Assembly (NCBI GenBank): GCA_029250605.1
Contig: JAQXEZ010000006.1
Span: 11,535 to 75,534 of the forward strand
Length of the DNA stretch: 64,000 nt
Source of the DNA: Candidatus Thalassarchaeaceae archaeon
GTDB lineage: Archaea > Thermoplasmatota > Poseidoniia > Poseidoniales > Thalassarchaeaceae
Direction of reading: 5' to 3'
Numbering within the stretch: position 1 is the first letter of the stretch; each line of letters starts with the position of its first letter. The position numbers and the translations under genes were made by a program. Positions 60,767 through 64,000 of the stretch are shown here, one piece after another. A model generated the notes under the pieces. The model was not told the DNA's origin, ran no database searches, and worked only from the letters and a program-made list of their open reading frames with translations.

Positions 60767-61030
60767 ATGGCAGACAAGAAATATTTCGTGTTGATGCAGA
60801 ACGGCAAGGACACTGCTCAAGTGTTCCACAGCAAGCAGCCCAGAGGAGCAGCTCTGAAGGCTGCTTCAAGAGGTGTCACAGACATCCACCTCAGGGAAAG
60901 AGGGACCAACAGAGTTCATGTGTTCTCTGGCTCTAAGAGCAAGGTCCCAAAGGGGGCAAATGCACCCGACTGGCTACCTGACATGATCAATAAGGCCAAC
61001 GTGAAGAAACTACGAATTGACCGAATCTGA
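60767..61030 (+). CDS. Chromosomal protein MC1
   Basis: Start at ATG 60767 (GGAGG at 60753-60757). KYFVLMQNGKDTAQVFHSKQPRGAALKAASRG...HLRERGTNRVHVFSG...PDWLPDMINKANVKK matches the MC1 pattern (GKQPRQAALKAANRG...LRERGTKKVHVF...KP.VKK). Confidence 0.8.
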   Translation: MADKKYFVLMQNGKDTAQVFHSKQPRGAALKAASRGVTDIHLRERGTNRVHVFSGSKSKVPKGANAPDWLPDMINKANVKKLRIDRI

Positions 61031-61108
61031 GAATAGTCGGTATTCCGACAGCAGAAGGTCTTCGTCGTAACTCAGCGTATGCTTTAGAATGAGTCGATAT
61101 GACAATTC

Positions 61109-62038
61109 CTACTCTGATTTGAATCTCTTTCGAGCCCTTTCTGCCCTCTCGGAATCCATCTTCTTTGCTTCTTCGATTCGATCGCGCTCATCCTCTAGAG
61201 CTGCCTTTGCCTTCTTTGTATTTCCAGGATCGGCTGACTTTGAGAAATCGTCGGTAAAGTAGCTCAAAACTCCAGAAGTGAGATTCAATGCTGTATTCAA
61301 CGGGTCTATGATCGGGTCAAAGTATTCGGTCACCACTCTTTCCTTTAGTGGGATGATTGCATTGTCTGTAATCTGAATGCCTGCAGGGCAAACCTCAGTG
61401 CAACACCTGGTAATGTTACAATAACCAATCCCGAAGTCCTCTTTGATCTCTGGTATCCTGCTCTCATTGTCTAGTGGGTGCATTTCTAGGCTGGCAAGGC
61501 GAACGAAGAACCTAGGCCCAGCAAATTCTTCGAACATTTGATGCTCCCTGAGTACGTGGCAGGTGTTCACGCATAGCATGCACTCGATACACGATCTGAA
61601 CTCTTGCAACCTGTCAGCTTCTTCTTGATGGAACACCCAATCGGGCTCTTCGGGTCCATTAATCGGCTTAATCTGACGATCGGTCCTGTAAGCCCACGAA
61701 GTATCGGTAACTAGGTCCTTGGTAAGTGGAAATGCTTGCATCGGCTTAATCAGCACAGGCTCATTGCTGGGGGTCTCTTCTAGGATATCCTCCATTCTAG
61801 TCATACACATTAGTCTCGCCTTTCCATTCACCTCTGCACTGCAAGAACCACATTTCCCAGCTTTACAATTCCAACGGCATGCGAGATCTGGTGCATGTTC
61901 AGCTTGAATTCTGTGGATAACATCCAACACAACCATTCCTTCGTCAAGGTCGACTTTGTAATCAACCATTTTCCCAAATGGGATTCCATCAGAGTCCGGC
62001 TCTCCTCTGAATATCCTAAAAGTCACCTTCTCAGACAT
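61109..62038 (-). CDS. sdhB: Succinate dehydrogenase/fumarate reductase Fe-S subunit with a charged C-terminal extension
   Basis: CRWNCKAGKCGSCSAEVNG (2Fe-2S), CIECMLCVNTC, CTEVCP. About 60 extra C-terminal residues end in a Lys/Glu/Arg-rich helix. Start at ATG 62038. Confidence 0.85.
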   Translation of the reverse strand: MSEKVTFRIFRGEPDSDGIPFGKMVDYKVDLDEGMVVLDVIHRIQAEHAPDLACRWNCKAGKCGSCSAEVNGKARLMCMTRMEDILEETPSNEPVLIKPMQAFPLTKDLVTDTSWAYRTDRQIKPINGPEEPDWVFHQEEADRLQEFRSCIECMLCVNTCHVLREHQMFEEFAGPRFFVRLASLEMHPLDNESRIPEIKEDFGIGYCNITRCCTEVCPAGIQITDNAIIPLKERVVTEYFDPIIDPLNTALNLTSGVLSYFTDDFSKSADPGNTKKAKAALEDERDRIEEAKKMDSERAERARKRFKSE

Positions 62039-62039
62039 T

Positions 62040-63872
62040 TCACTCCTCCTCCTGCAGATCATCAGAATCAAGTAGCGATCTCAATTCTTTCGAAATCTTC
62101 GGATAGGAAACGAAATCAATGTTCATCGAACCATCATCCCCCAGTAGAATCACGCTGTTGATTTTGCCCCAGTGGCTGTCATCAGTTTCGGGAAAATCGT
62201 CTCTCGTATGGGCCCCTCTACTCTCTTCTCGCCTAAGTGCTGCGATTGCACACATTTTACTGACATCCACCATAGCACCAATCTCAAGCGCTTGATGCCA
62301 TCCTGGATTGTACGTTCTCCCACCCCCAGGTGAAGTCAAGACAGACCTAGACCTAAGATCCTCGAGATCGTTGATTGCTTCTTCAAGGAGCTTGCCCGTT
62401 CTAATGATCCCAGCCTTATTCTGCATCATTTCTCTAAGATCGCTAACAACCTTGGCTGGGTTCTCCCCACCTTCTCTGCTTAGCGGTTCCAAGGTCTCTT
62501 CAATAACCTCGTCAATATCAGATTGGTCAATCTCAGAGAAACCATCCTGTTCTTTCGAGTATTTCGCGGCATGCTCACCCGCAATCTTCCCGAATACAAT
62601 CAAGTCGGAAAGAGAGTTACCACCTAGTCGATTTGCACCATGTAATCCGGTTGCGACCTCTCCAGCAGCGAAAAGACCTCCAACTGTCGTCTCTTGGCTG
62701 AAAGGGTCAACTTTGACGCCACCCATTACGTAGTGAGCAGTCGGACCCACCTCCATAGGCTGTTTGGTGATGTCCACTGCAGCGAGTTCCTTGAACTGGT
62801 GGTACATCCCTGGTAACTTCTTCTTCACTTCCTCCGAGTCCCTCCATGAGATGTCCAGGTATGCACCTCCATGCTCCGAGCCTCTCCCTGCTGCCTTCTC
62901 GCTGTTTATCGCCTTAGCCACAACATCTCTGGTCAGAAGCTCGGGGGGCCTCCTCTTAGTCGCTAATTTACCCCCTACGACTTCCTTCACCCAAGCTTCT
63001 GCCTCGCCAATAGAATCGGCAAACTCGTCTGCGTACATATCGGGGACGTAGTTGAACATGAACCTCTCACCCTTCTTATTTTTCAGAACCCCCCCTTCCC
63101 CACGAACTCCCTCGGTAACGAGTATTCCCTTCACAGAAGGTGGCCAGATCATACCTGTAGGATGGAATTGGACGAATTCCATGTCTCCCATTTCAGCACC
63201 CGCCCAATAGGCCAATGCATGCCCTTCACCCGAGTATTCCCATGATCCGGAGCACACTTCCCAGCAGCGAGTGATACCACCTGTGGCCAGAACAATCGTC
63301 TTGGCTTTGAACACATGAAGTGAACCATCATTTCTGTCGTAGGCGAAGCAACCTGAAACCTTGCCATCATTCTTGAAGATTCTACGAACAGTGTATTCCA
63401 TGAAGACCTGCATCCCTTCGTGGATGCCTTTCTGTTGTAGGGTACGAATCAACTCCAGGCCGGTAGCATCTCCAATGTGAGCTAGCCTTGGGTAAGTGTG
63501 GCCTCCGAAGTTCCTTTGACTCGTAAGCCCCTTTGGGGTTCTGTCAAAAACTGCCCCCCACTGTTCCAACTCTCTGATTCTATCAGGAGCCTGCTGGGCG
63601 TGAATCTGAGCCATCCTCCAGTCTCCAAGATATTTTCCTCCTTTCATGGTGTCTCGGAAGTGAGTCTGCCACGAATCCCGTGGATCTTTGTTTGCCAGAG
63701 CAGCTGCAGCCCCCCCCTCTGCCATGACTGTGTGAGCCTTCCCTAGCATTGATTTGCAAATCATGCCAACGCTTACTCCTGCCCGACTTGCCTCAATTGC
63801 GGCCCTAAGTCCGGCCCCTCCAGCACCAATCACGACCACATCAAACTCATGGTGAGTAATGCTTTCTTCCAC
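62040..63872 (-). CDS. sdhA: Succinate dehydrogenase/fumarate reductase flavoprotein subunit
   Basis: DVVVIGAGGAGLRAA, MAEGGAAA, HPTG, RGEGG, HYVMGG, RLGGNSL. GTG start overlapping the upstream stop. Confidence 0.9.
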   Translation of the reverse strand: MEESITHHEFDVVVIGAGGAGLRAAIEASRAGVSVGMICKSMLGKAHTVMAEGGAAAALANKDPRDSWQTHFRDTMKGGKYLGDWRMAQIHAQQAPDRIRELEQWGAVFDRTPKGLTSQRNFGGHTYPRLAHIGDATGLELIRTLQQKGIHEGMQVFMEYTVRRIFKNDGKVSGCFAYDRNDGSLHVFKAKTIVLATGGITRCWEVCSGSWEYSGEGHALAYWAGAEMGDMEFVQFHPTGMIWPPSVKGILVTEGVRGEGGVLKNKKGERFMFNYVPDMYADEFADSIGEAEAWVKEVVGGKLATKRRPPELLTRDVVAKAINSEKAAGRGSEHGGAYLDISWRDSEEVKKKLPGMYHQFKELAAVDITKQPMEVGPTAHYVMGGVKVDPFSQETTVGGLFAAGEVATGLHGANRLGGNSLSDLIVFGKIAGEHAAKYSKEQDGFSEIDQSDIDEVIEETLEPLSREGGENPAKVVSDLREMMQNKAGIIRTGKLLEEAINDLEDLRSRSVLTSPGGGRTYNPGWHQALEIGAMVDVSKMCAIAALRREESRGAHTRDDFPETDDSHWGKINSVILLGDDGSMNIDFVSYPKISKELRSLLDSDDLQEEE

Positions 63873-64000
63873 TCACAAACCCCCAATTAGAACGAAATCG
63901 GTAAAACCGAAATCCTGACAGATCCAGATGTAGAAGTCAGCGAACATTACCCAGAATAGGCTGATTAATGCCCAGTCTTTGTGTCGTTCATTCAACTTGG
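63873..64000 (-). CDS. Partial (3' end only) hydrophobic ORF, probably an SDH membrane-anchor subunit
   Basis: My own minus-strand translation gives ...KLNERHKDWALISLFWVMFADFYIWICQDFGFTDFVLIGGL*. The stop TGA (63873-63875) abuts the sdhA GTG. The function is inferred from position only. Confidence 0.4.
   Translation of the reverse strand, partial: KLNERHKDWALISLFWVMFADFYIWICQDFGFTDFVLIGGL

Overview
This 64-kb window looks like chromosomal DNA from an aerobic, planktonic-type archaeon. The lineage call is inference only: gene content resembles Marine Group II/Poseidoniales-like Thermoplasmatota.

Archaeal markers:
- ribosomal proteins L7Ae, S28e and L24e, plus aIF5B and Sec61beta
- deoxyhypusine synthase, an Hjc resolvase, a GINS-like protein and chromatin protein MC1
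- PGF-CTERM surface proteins

Bacterial-type functions sit alongside these:
- a coxBAC(D) haem-copper oxidase operon and sdhAB
- a CcmF-like haem lyase, UvrB and a fused RibD
- a P1B metal ATPase

Coding density is high, and both strands are used. I found three tRNAs (Ser-UGA, Leu-CAA, Ile-GAU), all with encoded CCA. I saw no rRNA, CRISPR array or transposase.

The strongest candidate for an undescribed system is a tightly packed minus-strand trio at 2292-6384:
- a single-pass membrane protein with an N-terminal SAP DNA-binding motif
- a canonical ParA
- a 10-TM EamA transporter starting 1 nt after the parA stop, whose cytoplasmic N-terminus carries a ParB-type GLGRGL peptide

This suggests a membrane-anchored ParA-driven DNA-positioning module.

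Other notable items:
- a second ParA paralog with a Walker-A Lys->Arg change, coupled to MoxR
- Cox subunit I fused to an exported CxxCH domain
- a collagen-like/cupredoxin lipoprotein
- a 1668-aa acidic surface protein with novel modules, Cys-depleted LDLa-like units and a TSP3-like array
- an unannotatable gene cluster beside a Xer-type recombinase

All functional calls rest on motif recognition by eye. No database search was possible.
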